A DNA stretch of 44,079 nt from Folioceros fuciformis (GCA_049999805.1 JBNGIO010005378.1:1-44079); one strand, 5' to 3'. Positions 22,621 to 32,839 are shown, counted from the stretch's first letter. The notes: generated by a model not told the origin, from the letters alone. Numbers and translations: made by a program.

Positions 22621-25600
22621 TCAGGTATGCTGCCGAGTGGAGTCCGAAATTGAAGCATATCGTGCTTTCTTTAGCTCCAACCTTAGTGCTTCCAGCAATC
22701 CAGTCAGCCGTACTTCGTCTTGCCTCTGGCCTCTCACCAGAAACGAGTGCAACTGCTGCTCATGCTTTATCCAACTCTGACCAGGCTTCTTCCAGGCACC
22801 TGCTCTCTGTCGCAACTCATGAACTTCCCTTGCCTGGTCCCACATGCCAGCGTTCTGATATATGTTGGCCATCAGCACATAGGGTGCAGCATGCTCTGTC
22901 TCGATACTCATGGCACAGTCAAAGACACGCCTTGCCAGCACCACGTTGCCATGCTTCTGGCAGGCACCCAGCAAGCACAACCAGACAGGCAATGTAGGCT
23001 GCATCGGCATGCTAGAGAGCAAATCCTCTGCCTTCCTGAAGAGTCCTGCCCGGGCAACAAGATCTAAGACACAAACATAATGCTCCACGTCTGCAGAGAT
23101 TTTATGATCTCTGCCCATGGCTTCAAAGTATTCAAGCCCCTCGTTCACCATGCCAGCATTGCCACATGCGGAGAGGAGAGCCATGAACGTAATTTTATCT
23201 GGTGTCACACCTGCTAGGCACATGTCCTTGAAACACTGCGTGCTCCTCCTACAATCACCGTGGCGCGCATACCCAGAGAGTAATGCAGTCCATGACACCA
23301 CATCAGGCTGATGGAGAGAATCGAATACGTTTTGAGCGTCCACCATGCTCCCACATTTGCCGTAGGCATGCACAAGCGTGTTTGCGACAGGAAGGCTATT
23401 GTTGAATTCACTCCGAGCAACCTCTTGGTGGATGTGGATGCATACATCCAAGGCTCCAGTGCAGCTGCATGCTTCCAGCATGACAACAAATGTAGTCTCA
23501 TCTGCTTTTACACCTTCTGAACACATTTGTGTATAGAGTTCCCATACCCTGTCTCCTTGGCCATACTGAGAATAAGCTGTGATCATAGCATTCCATGATG
23601 CTGCCTCTCGCATGGACAATTCATCGAAAACATGCTTCGCATCTTTAAGACTGCCACATCTTGCATAGACTGTAACCAGGCAGTTACAAACTGGCATGTC
23701 TGATCCATAACCCAGCTGAACCGTTGTAGCATGTACGTCTTTTGCTTTGTGAAGAGTTTCTGCTTTGATGAACGGTGAGTCTTGCAAACTGCCCTCCTCA
23801 TTTTCAGCGAGGATTCCACATGCTTGGAGAACACTAATAAGAGTCCATACATTTGGATCGATTCCTTCCGCCTGCATTTCATAATACAAATGCAGTGCCT
23901 CCTCTGCCCGGCCCTGTTGCACATGGGCCGCAAGCATGGCAGTCCATGAGACCACATCTCGGTGAGATAACGTGTGAAACACATCTCTTGCATCCCCAAA
24001 GCTGCCACACTTAGCATACATGCTAACGAGAGAACTGCTCACAAACGCATCTGTTTCAAAACCTCTGCTAACAGCTTCTGCGTGTATTTCTTTTACCCTA
24101 TGCAACAACTTCACTTTCATTTGCTGCCCATGCACCAGCACATTCTCTTCTCTGGCAAGAGTGCTCTCACATGCCTGGAGAGTACCAACTACTGTGCGAG
24201 AAGTTGGCTTGACTCCTTCCCCTTGCATTTGCTCGTAAAACTGCAGAGCTCTTTCGCCCTGCCCCTCATGACAGTAAGCAGCAAGCATGGCATTCCAGGA
24301 GACCACATCACGAGCAGACAGGCTGTCAAAAACCCAATGAGCATCTCTCGTGCTACCACACTTCGCATACATGCTGACCAACGTGTTACCAACAAACACA
24401 TCTGAGCAGAAGCGCCCAACAACAGATTCAGCATGAATCTCTTTCCCTTTGTGAAGACAGTTCAATTTGACATTCTGCCCTTCAATTAGTACAGCATCCT
24501 CTCCTCCGGCAAGGATGCCGCACATTTGAAGAGCACTTACCAAGGTCCGAGCATTTGGACAGATACCTTCTGCTTGCATACGAGCATACATCTGCAAGCC
24601 CTGTCCTGCTTCGTTTTGCAGAGCACATGCTGCAAGCATCGCGTTCCATGACACTACACTGCGATGAGGTAGCTGATCAAATACCTGGTGAGCATCCAAC
24701 AGGCTCCCACACTTGGCATACATGCTTACCAAAATACTGCCAACGAACACATCCGTATCAAAGCCCCCAGCAGCAACTTGTGCATGTATTTCCTTCCCTT
24801 TCTGAAGGTACTGTAGTCTAAGGACCTGCCCGTTAACAATGCTACTTGTTTCCTTCTCCGCACAAATAACAATAGCACGGAGCGCGCTAACAAAGGTCCG
24901 GGCATTTGGGCTGACATTCTCCAACTGCATATTGGCATAAACTTGCAGGGCACGTTCTCCATCATTTTGCTGAACATAAGCGGTAAGCATAGCATTCCAC
25001 GAGACAACATTCCGGTCGCGCACACGGTCAAACACCTCTTGGGCATCCACCACACTCCCGCACTTGGCGTACATGCTGACCAAACTGGTCCCAACAAAGG
25101 TATCCAATTCCAGCCCACATTCCCGAGCATGAGCATGAATACATCGGCCCTTTTCCAGGTCTTCCACCAAGCTGCAAGCTTTCAGCAAGGTGACAAACGT
25201 AAACCTGTCAGGCTCCACACCTTCCTCCTGCATTCGCTCATAGCACGACAGAGCCTCCTGACACTTTCCCGCCTTGACATACCCTGAAACAATGGCTGTC
25301 CACGAGAAAACTGTCCGTGTCGACAGCTTCTGAAACACACTCAGCCCATCCTCAATGCTTCCACAGTTCACCAGAGTGGTAACAGCAAGCTCACCCAAGC
25401 TCCTGTTCCACTCCAACCCATGTTTTGCCAAATGGGCCAGCACCTTCTTAGCCTCGGGAAGTGCTCTTTGCTTCATGCACGCATGTAACAGGTTCCTGTA
25501 CGTGCTCACTGATGGAACACTGCCCTGCTCGTCCATGTACAAAAGGGAGTCCATAGCTCTGTCCAGACATCCCTCCCTGCATAATGCCTCTACCTCAGAA

Positions 25601-25692
25601 GCCTCCACAGAAGTCGTACTCGAACCTCTGCAAACTACAACCAAAGGCCTCAACCCAGACGATGGTGCATTGCACCACCATCCAATCCGCAT
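22621..25692 (-). CDS. PLS-class pentatricopeptide repeat protein with E/E+ extension and no DYW domain (organellar RNA-editing factor type)
   Basis: 1023-aa single-exon ORF of P-L-S triplets (VVSWNAML / TFV..L.AC / DVFVG..LVSMYAKCGS). It has E motifs (HYVCVLDLVARAG, WLCLLGAC, YVLMANIY) and a PG box (KKPGQSWI), and ends before any HxE/CxxC deaminase motif. Confidence 0.95.
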   Translation of the reverse strand: MRIGWWCNAPSSGLRPLVVVCRGSSTTSVEASEVEALCREGCLDRAMDSLLYMDEQGSVPSVSTYRNLLHACMKQRALPEAKKVLAHLAKHGLEWNRSLGELAVTTLVNCGSIEDGLSVFQKLSTRTVFSWTAIVSGYVKAGKCQEALSCYERMQEEGVEPDRFTFVTLLKACSLVEDLEKGRCIHAHARECGLELDTFVGTSLVSMYAKCGSVVDAQEVFDRVRDRNVVSWNAMLTAYVQQNDGERALQVYANMQLENVSPNARTFVSALRAIVICAEKETSSIVNGQVLRLQYLQKGKEIHAQVAAGGFDTDVFVGSILVSMYAKCGSLLDAHQVFDQLPHRSVVSWNAMLAACALQNEAGQGLQMYARMQAEGICPNARTLVSALQMCGILAGGEDAVLIEGQNVKLNCLHKGKEIHAESVVGRFCSDVFVGNTLVSMYAKCGSTRDAHWVFDSLSARDVVSWNAMLAAYCHEGQGERALQFYEQMQGEGVKPTSRTVVGTLQACESTLAREENVLVHGQQMKVKLLHRVKEIHAEAVSRGFETDAFVSSSLVSMYAKCGSFGDARDVFHTLSHRDVVSWTAMLAAHVQQGRAEEALHLYYEMQAEGIDPNVWTLISVLQACGILAENEEGSLQDSPFIKAETLHKAKDVHATTVQLGYGSDMPVCNCLVTVYARCGSLKDAKHVFDELSMREAASWNAMITAYSQYGQGDRVWELYTQMCSEGVKADETTFVVMLEACSCTGALDVCIHIHQEVARSEFNNSLPVANTLVHAYGKCGSMVDAQNVFDSLHQPDVVSWTALLSGYARHGDCRRSTQCFKDMCLAGVTPDKITFMALLSACGNAGMVNEGLEYFEAMGRDHKISADVEHYVCVLDLVARAGLFRKAEDLLSSMPMQPTLPVWLCLLGACQKHGNVVLARRVFDCAMSIETEHAAPYVLMANIYQNAGMWDQAREVHELRQRAGAWKKPGQSWIKHEQQLHSFLVRGQRQDEVRLTGLLEALRLELKKARYASISDSTRQHT

Positions 25693-26040
25693 GACTGCTG
25701 TGATCGAGCTCTAAACCGTGCAAATCCCACGCGCCACTCTCCTCCGAGGGCCCCTCGGAGCCATCGGCCCAGCCTCCGGTGCTCTCTTGTATTCCGATCC
25801 GAGCTGCCGGTCCAGCGCGGCTCGGCTACGCTAGGCTCGGCTCGGCTCGTCTCCAGGTCGGCATAAAGGGAAACATTAGCCCGAGCTTTATTTCAATAGA
25901 ACACCGACCTGCTCACTTGTACATCTCTGTTTCCCCTTAGCTTTCTCCTGCCTTTGTCGTCTGCGCTTTCCCCTTCGCTTGTTGCCCACTCGCCTTCGTC
26001 TCCTCGCCTGCCCTTCCTGCTGTCCATCTAGACGTCCGCC

Positions 26041-27003
26041 ATGGCTGCGTGCATAGATGTGAGCCCTCCTTCTAAACCTTCCTTTCTCACTGGCATGGAC
26101 TCCGTGAAACCAACCCTGTCTGAGATGTTGAGCCCGGCCGTCGTCTTCCTCCGACCCGACGTTCCAGCTCCCTTTGCCGCCATAGGAAAGCTGTTTGATT
26201 ATCTGCGTTCCTCGCCGGAGGATGCTGCATCCCTCAACGCAAGCTACCCCGTTCGCGGCGTCTTCAAAACAGCCGCCTCTGAGAATCCTAGTTGCGACCA
26301 GAAGCTTACTATTGATCTTTCCGCTAGCCGCGTATCCCGCATCCCCGTCGGTCTGCGCTCAACCCTGGCCAGCCATGGCCTCGAGGAGATCCTCGCCTTT
26401 TTCCAGGCAACTATTCTTCAGTTTGTTCCGAATGTTATCTCTGCACTAAGCGCCGTGGCCGGCGGAGGCCTGGGTTCCCTGCACAAGTCGCAGAACTTCA
26501 CCTTCCGACTCTGTGATTACAGTCCTTCGACTGCTGCCCCGGCGAGCTCCAAGGGGTGCGGGGAGCACACAGACTACGGTACATTCGCCATCATTTTTCA
26601 GGACGGGCATGCGGGGCTGGAGGCCGAGGTTCCAGATGCGCCGGGCACCTGGGTACCGATTCCCGGAGATGCCACAGTTCTTCTGTGCGGCTGGTGCGGG
26701 CTCATCCTTAGCGGCGGGCGTATTTGCGCAGTGAGGCACCGCGTGCGGCGTGTGCCGGGAGTTCGTCGGCTCTCTGCTGTCCTGTTTGTTGCGCCGGATG
26801 TCGACGTTGTGCTCAAGCCAGTAAAGGTTGATGAGGAATGCAGGGCGTTCTCGGACGCAGTAATGGCCGGGGAGGTGACCGTGGAGTGGTTCAAGGAGGT
26901 CATGGGGAGGTCATGGCGCTTCAGAGAGGGCAACGGGACCTTGGAGGACGGAGAGGTGGAGATCAGCCAGGATCAGCGTATCGAGAATCTTGTCTGGGCG
27001 TGA
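26041..27003 (+). CDS. 2-oxoglutarate/Fe(II)-dependent dioxygenase, single exon
   Basis: 320 aa with the HxD (HTDYGTF), distal His (RHRV) and RxS (RLS) motifs, plus GLE...W.P.P of the 2OG-FeII_Oxy fold. Confidence 0.9.
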   Translation: MAACIDVSPPSKPSFLTGMDSVKPTLSEMLSPAVVFLRPDVPAPFAAIGKLFDYLRSSPEDAASLNASYPVRGVFKTAASENPSCDQKLTIDLSASRVSRIPVGLRSTLASHGLEEILAFFQATILQFVPNVISALSAVAGGGLGSLHKSQNFTFRLCDYSPSTAAPASSKGCGEHTDYGTFAIIFQDGHAGLEAEVPDAPGTWVPIPGDATVLLCGWCGLILSGGRICAVRHRVRRVPGVRRLSAVLFVAPDVDVVLKPVKVDEECRAFSDAVMAGEVTVEWFKEVMGRSWRFREGNGTLEDGEVEISQDQRIENLVWA

Positions 27004-28129
27004 AGCCGAGGACGTTCTACGAGAGCAACATCAACTCTGAACACAAGGAAAGTTCATGCTCAAGTTGTGAGCCCTGTACATATGTATATGGATTTCTCCA
27101 GACTTTTAGTGACGCTCGGGCAAGCTTAGGTGCATATTACTGCTACCAGGTGTGCATATAGACATCTTGCCGTAAACACAGGTCTGCATGCAGGCGTGGT
27201 TGCTTCTGGAGTACTTGGGAAGTCTCATCATCACACGGTTTCCGAGGATTATAACGCCATAGTTGATCAATAAAATTGTTTTTGTGTCCACCAAGCTTCG
27301 GAATCGCCTTTTTGTGATGCCTCCAGTCTTCGACACCTCGGTTTGAAGTCCTGCGCAGTGGCGGGGGACCTGCTCTCAGAAAGCAGAGTGTAGATATAAC
27401 AGATATAACAGCATACGCGAGGCGAGCCTTCCTTTAGACTTCAGAGAGACCTGAGTGCCAGGAAAGTGGGTTGCCACTGGCTAGCTACTCCTGGTTCATT
27501 CCGGATGGTGGAAGGCGGACTGTGAACACTCCAGCGTACCCTCGCAAAATCACTTATAGTTGAAAGTAGAACTGGAAGTGAGGTGTGCTGGTAGATAAGG
27601 ATCCATGTTCCACTAAATGCGTAGTACTGCAACTTAGCTCGCCAAGACACGAGCGTGGAGACCAGTGACGTCATCTGTGGAAGTGAGGTGGAACCCGTAT
27701 CTTCGAGCTAGTCGAAGATTCGTAGATCCCATTTTCCGTTCTGGAGGATGCAGAACCTCTACCCCCTTTGGGAGAGCCTTAGGCCCTTGCCTGCTTCAAC
27801 CCTAATACCACATCCAGGCAGCGGGTTCATGTGATACCTCGCGAGTCCCTCGGGAGAAACAACAAGGAGCCCAATCTGTTCAACCATTCAACTAGCAGCA
27901 GTGGCATTGTTGGAGGACTTGCTCACAAGACCATAAAAAGCGCTTGCATAGTTCCTCACCATCCAGTTCCACATTCGCACTCCGATCAAGGGAGGCGTTA
28001 AGATCAAGGGAGGCCGATCGCGAAAACAACACGATTTGGACTTGCTCCGTGGTGTTGAGCTTGATACGGAAAGCAGCGTCTTCAAGACACGCAGATGAAC
28101 GGGTTCATCCTTCACCTCTCTTCGAACTG

Positions 28130-28350
28130 AAGACTCCAATTCCAACGCCGAGCTCTTTCCTCTCACCGCGGATTACCGCAATGAAAAACGCCGTGGTTTT
28201 CTTCTCCTCCCCCGCCTTCGACAATCCTACTTGCGACCAGAAATCCATCACCGAGCTCTCTCCCATTCGCACATCACGCTTCCCCATCACCTGCGCTCTG
28301 CGCCGTCTTGCGCCGGCGAGACATGACCTGACGAGATCGTTTTCATGTTC
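28130..28350 (+). pseudogene. Decayed, internally deleted duplicate of the 5' part of the 2OG dioxygenase
   Basis: PSSFLS...AVVFF / AFDNPTCDQKSITELSPIRTSRFPI...RHDL aligns with PSFLT...AVVFL / ASENPSCDQKLTIDLSASRVSRIPV...SHGL of 26041-27003. The DNA AATCCTA(C/G)TTGCGACCAGAA is shared. Confidence 0.75.
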
Positions 28351-28807
28351 ACCGTAATTGCGGCAGCAAAGCATATGCCTGTATGCGCATTGTATCCTCG
28401 TACCGTTTCCGCGTGTTTATCAAGGATTTGTAGATCAGTCTTTGGAGTATAGGACAGATCACTACAGAGAGCATTTACGGATGCACAGTGGGGCAGACAT
28501 GTCTGCCGCGCACCCATGCACACTCACAGATGCACAGGAGGGCAGACATGTCAGGAGTGCACGCATGCACTCTCACAATAGCATCTTCAACTGGAGCTAT
28601 TCAAATTGAGGGATCTGCAGTCTTGCCGGTAGAGATGGAAGTGCGGAGAACTGCTGTTGAGGCCTCGCAGACTGAGAGAAGTGACGTCATCTGGAGGCCC
28701 AGCTGTCGGGATCTTGGCCAGTTGTAGGTACCTATGCAGTAGGTACCTATGCAGGTACTGGTTCCTCGGTTCTGGGACAGATGGTTTTGAAGTTCTGATT
28801 CTCCTGC

Positions 28808-30361
28808 TTGACGTGGTCGGGGAAAGAAACAGATGTACATACGTCTATGTCCAGCGAGATGAGGAGCGAAGGACTGGAATATGGTGAAGACATGGGAGTT
28901 GAATACAGCAAGCCGACAGTGACAAGGACCGTGCCGTTGCTGGCCCGCTCTTCACCTTCCGAAGAGGAGGAACTCATCCAGAACGACCTTCCTGGCATCG
29001 AGCAGCCGACGTGGAACGTACGACCCGGGCGATGGGAGAAGTCTGTGGAGGAAAAGGTCCGAGGACGGGAAGTTGGCTTCCTCAACAGATTGAGGAAGCC
29101 CGTAGCCCTGCTCAAAGACTGGAAGATCGTAGGCCATCACACTGGCGAACAGGGATCCGGGAGCCCTGACATGCTTCAGATCAACGATTCTTTTGCTGTG
29201 CATGTGGTGTCCCTGGACGAAGAGGCAGTGGGAGAAATCCTGGGCCTGTCGTACACTGGCGATCAGGTTTTCAGCGCACAGATCGCTGGTGCTGAAGAAG
29301 CCTCCACCATGGTGGCATTTGTGGGGAAGTATGTGACTCCGACCAGCAAACATCGGGCTCCCTTCTACTCCAACCAGTGGGATATGTATGTGTGGGTGGA
29401 GTGCATCATACCACAATTCCGAGCCTACGTCCAGGAGCACGTGAGGAGGCTCTTCGTGCCCACCACTGCGGTGTGCCCTGTCTGGGTGGCGTTTTATCTG
29501 GCCAAAAGCCGGTACGAGAACAAGAAGTTTAACTGGGCTCGGAACAGAATTGAGAACGCTGTGCAGACAGTCCTGGTCGAGAGGAAGTTTCATGGCGAAT
29601 TCGCGAAACAAGCTATGGATCTTCTGGCGAGTTACAGCCGACTGGCAGTCGGCGTGGCCGGTGGTGCACAGAGCCAAGGGGAGACGTGCTGGGCCCATGT
29701 GGAGTCGGAGGGCGGTGAGAGAAGGCGGGTCTTGCGCAAGAGGGTGAGGACTCCGGCAGAGGAAAGAAGGCGGTCCAGCCGGATCCTGCATGCACATATT
29801 GACAATCTGGAGATGTTTGATGTTGTCGATCAGGAGAAGGGTGCAGATCCGGGGCCACCAGGAGACGCCGGAAAGGTGTCAAGCCCACCGAGCCGTCACC
29901 TTGGAAGGAAGGCGGGAAAGAAAACCCCTGGTGGCGATGCCGTCCAGGAGGCTACTGGTGGAAGCCAGAGCAAGAGGCTGAAGGCGGCGTCGAGGAAAGG
30001 CTCCAAACAGGGTCCCACGGTTTGCTCGGGGAAAGACCAGGATGATGCAGTTGAAGGTCAAGCTCGGCAGCCTAGAGATCTGGAAGCCAAGGAGCAACGA
30101 ATCACAGCCATGGAAAGGGAATGTGACGCGAAGGAGCAGCAAATCAATGCCAAGGACAGAGCCCTGGAAGTGAGGGACACGCAAATAAGAGCCCTGGAAA
30201 TGCAGATCGAGGCCAAAGAGCAGCAACTGAGAAGCATGGAAGCGGACTGGGCTGAGGAAAGGAAAATGTTCAAGGGGATCATTCATCATCTCTCAAAGCC
30301 TACTCACATTGAGTTTGGCGGCCGTCGTAAAAGTCCCCCGTATACCGGGCTCCGTCCATGA
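28808..30361 (+). CDS. Unknown-family paralogue 9 (intact, inverted, most divergent; first ATG 28847), C-terminal coiled coil
   Basis: 517-aa frame with WKIVGHH, MLQIND, SLDEEAVGEILGLSYTG, FRAYVQEHVRRLF, KFNWARNRI and LLASYSRLA, followed by heptad repeats LEAKEQRI/CDAKEQQI/IEAKEQQL. Confidence 0.78.
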   Translation: MTWSGKETDVHTSMSSEMRSEGLEYGEDMGVEYSKPTVTRTVPLLARSSPSEEEELIQNDLPGIEQPTWNVRPGRWEKSVEEKVRGREVGFLNRLRKPVALLKDWKIVGHHTGEQGSGSPDMLQINDSFAVHVVSLDEEAVGEILGLSYTGDQVFSAQIAGAEEASTMVAFVGKYVTPTSKHRAPFYSNQWDMYVWVECIIPQFRAYVQEHVRRLFVPTTAVCPVWVAFYLAKSRYENKKFNWARNRIENAVQTVLVERKFHGEFAKQAMDLLASYSRLAVGVAGGAQSQGETCWAHVESEGGERRRVLRKRVRTPAEERRRSSRILHAHIDNLEMFDVVDQEKGADPGPPGDAGKVSSPPSRHLGRKAGKKTPGGDAVQEATGGSQSKRLKAASRKGSKQGPTVCSGKDQDDAVEGQARQPRDLEAKEQRITAMERECDAKEQQINAKDRALEVRDTQIRALEMQIEAKEQQLRSMEADWAEERKMFKGIIHHLSKPTHIEFGGRRKSPPYTGLRP

Positions 30362-32209
30362 CTTGTTATGTACGCGAGAGCATGTTTTTGGACCGTTACT
30401 TTAAGCAAACGAAAGTACATTGGAGGATGCCAGAGTTGTGTCCTTGAGTACTTAGTGATGTGACATCCACCATTTTCGAGAAATTATTCCCAAGTAAGTA
30501 AGGAAAAAAGCTTTACACGAGACTTATCTGTTCATGTTTATTACTTTGATTTAAAAGGGGTGTCTCAAGATGGTTCTTCTTCTAGAGAAGCTTTTTAGAC
30601 CAAAGGATTGTCTACGGGATTTGCTTAATCCCTTTTCGACAAGCCCTACGTCTAAAAGGCTCCAGAAGAGGGGACTATCTGAAGACAATCCTTTGAAATC
30701 AAACCAGTAAATCCAGCATAAATCTCCGGCAGTTAGCATTTTCCTCCCTTGGCGGAGATAATTTACTCGAGACTGATGCACGCTGCAACATCGAAATCCT
30801 CAAAGATAACAGTTTGGGCGTCGTCCTCGATGCCAGATGCGCCTTTGCTTGCTTTCAGTATAGCTTAAATCCTTGCTTCAGCTTGTAATTGTCTGCCTTG
30901 GATGCTGCTAGGCTGATTGGGGAGGTCTTTGCCCTGCAGCTATCTCAATTGAAGACCCTTTCAAATGGCATTCCCTTGCTAAAGCTTCTCCATTGAAGCC
31001 CTTTTCAAATGGCATCACGTTGCTAAAGCTTCCGGCCTCCACCTCTGAGAATTCCTCTTCCTCTTTTGCACTGGAGATGAAAGAAAGCTCCACCACGTTT
31101 GCAAATTCAGCACCGTCTTGTGGAGGATCAGACATATCTGCCTGAAAACAAGCAACGATCACATAACGCGTTGGGTGGGTCGGCAGAGAATCTGTGAATA
31201 GTTAGCACACCAGAGAACATGGAGACAAACATGCTATTTCGGGAGTTAGCACGAAACAGAAAGTCTCCGAGACGATCTTCTCGTGATCGCTGCTTAGAGT
31301 CTGTTGTCACGGTCCTGAAACCCATATCAGATTGCTGGTTAAAAAAAGGAGAGACACCTAAGCTCAAAGAAATCTAGAGGAACGCCATCAAACACAGCTC
31401 AGCAATCACAAAAGGAAAAGATGGTGCAGCAACTACTAGACGCAGCACCCACAGCTGGAAGAGTAGCCCGTGCTATATCAGGTTCCTGAAATCTTGGAAA
31501 TCGAGACAACGTAGGCCCCACTTTATGGATTCCCTCTGAACTCCTGGCTGGGTCCTGGCCAAAATTATCACTGGCGCGACATCAGCCCGCAAATTTAGGG
31601 CAGCGGGTCGTAGAGGAAGCAGCCCGCAGAGTCACGTCCTTTTGAAATCAGACTTGCGAGGTCAGGCCTTGGCAAGATTCCTTTCGTGAAATCATACCCT
31701 GCTCCCGTCCGCGACCCCTCGCAGATTGCTTCCAGCAGGTCTCACCCAACAACACAAACAGCCTGCCACACAAATCTGCTTGTGCCCAACCACAACCGCA
31801 GCCTGGCACCAGAGCGCGCCCTCCGGAGGCTGCGACAACTCGTACTTCCGCAGATTGAACATCGGCGGAGACACTGGAGAGGCGTAGCAGCCTCTGTGAC
31901 TGAAAACCATTCTGCAGATGGCGACAAATATATAGTGGCCGGTGATTTTAGGGTTGTAAACAAACCACATGAGCGTCTTGTGTGAAACGTGTTGGCTATT
32001 TCGAACGCTCGGCTTGTAATCTCATATGATTGAATGGACCGAGAAATCCTGGCCAAATCGTTTTCGATGGGTCGAGGCAACCCTCTTGTCTCCCATAGAA
32101 AAGCAAGATGACGAAGAAAGTTTTGCGGCCAGGGGTTCATGGGGATCAGGGGGTGAATATATCCTCAAAATTTTAAGGAAAACATTATGTTGCTCTGCCT
32201 AAGGCTTAA

Positions 32210-32437
32210 GGCCCAAAACCCTACCCTAAACCCTAAAGAGTGGAGGCCCCAAACCTCGGCAAAGCCTCTTTGCCCAAAGCTAGGAAGAAAAGAGGCATTT
32301 TAAAAAAAAATGGAAACGAAAAAAATGGCACCCAAGAGAAAAGTAATGCAAGTTTCAGCCCGAAGTTGCAGGAAGTGAAGGAAACCCTAAAACTTGAATT
32401 TCTGAACTTGCCGGACGGTTCTAGAGCGCAACCCTAA
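32210..32437 (+). promoter_or_regulatory. Telo-box cluster with site II motif upstream of the CX9C gene
   Basis: GGCCCA at 32210-32215, AAACCCTA at 32216, 32228 and 32382, and AACCCTAA at about 32430. This telo-box/site II pairing is a known plant promoter arrangement. Confidence 0.5.
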
Positions 32438-32534
32438 GGACCATGCAGAGGAACGCAGGAGACTGGTTTCCGCACGCTGCCTTTCACTTGTCATTCCGGC
32501 AGAGGGTTGGGGGACGTATGCTTCGAGGGTTGAG

Positions 32535-32839
32535 ATGGCATCAGCTCCGGCAAGCAAGGGGCAGTCGGCGACGAAGCTGCAACAGCCTCCTCCTTGTGGA
32601 AAGGAGGCCGTGGAGCTTCTGAATTGTGTCGCTCGGGACAACTTCTCCAAGGAGACATGCCAGGACCTCATGCTGGCCCTGCGGAGGTGCATACGAGACA
32701 AGGTAGGCACTCCACTTTTTGGCATATAGGTTAGACCAGGTGTAGGGAATCACTCTTCACACTGCCCGAGCTCCTGCAGAAAGTGAGGTTGTTTTCCATT
32801 GACGGGGGCAACAAACACCCGGGGGAGGGGAGCAAATGA
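32535..32839 (+). CDS. Small twin-CX9C (CHCH-type) protein, probably mitochondrial intermembrane space; exons 32535-32702 and 32780-32839
   Basis: Spliced product MASAPASKGQSATKLQQPPPCGKEAVELLNCVARDNFSKETCQDLMLALRRCIRDKKVRLFSIDGGNKHPGEGSK* has C-x9-C-x10-C-x9-C. The intron is a canonical GTAGGC...TGCAG in phase 0. Confidence 0.82.

Noticed and set aside
27441-28140. Possible decayed F-box/LRR-like or family-related coding sequence on the minus strand (PVHLRVLKTL, ELCKRFLWSC)
   Set aside because: Only short motif-like pieces in different frames with many stops; it cannot be supported without a profile search.
28952-29797. 281-aa antisense ORF, and similar shadow ORFs over the PPR, WEE1 and dioxygenase genes
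   Set aside because: They lie opposite well-supported GC-rich CDSs and have no independent motifs, so they are expected shadows.
30551-31400. Coding-looking minus-strand fragments with a TTTTCAG acceptor near 31143
   Set aside because: No consistent frame or recognisable domain. It may be a pseudogene but is unidentifiable.
31686-32140. Overlapping 90-130 aa ORFs divergent from the CX9C gene
   Set aside because: No recognisable motifs and no convincing exon structure.
32216-32237. Telomere-like CCCTAAA repeats
   Set aside because: Only 2-3 units in a promoter position; better explained as telo-boxes than an interstitial telomere.
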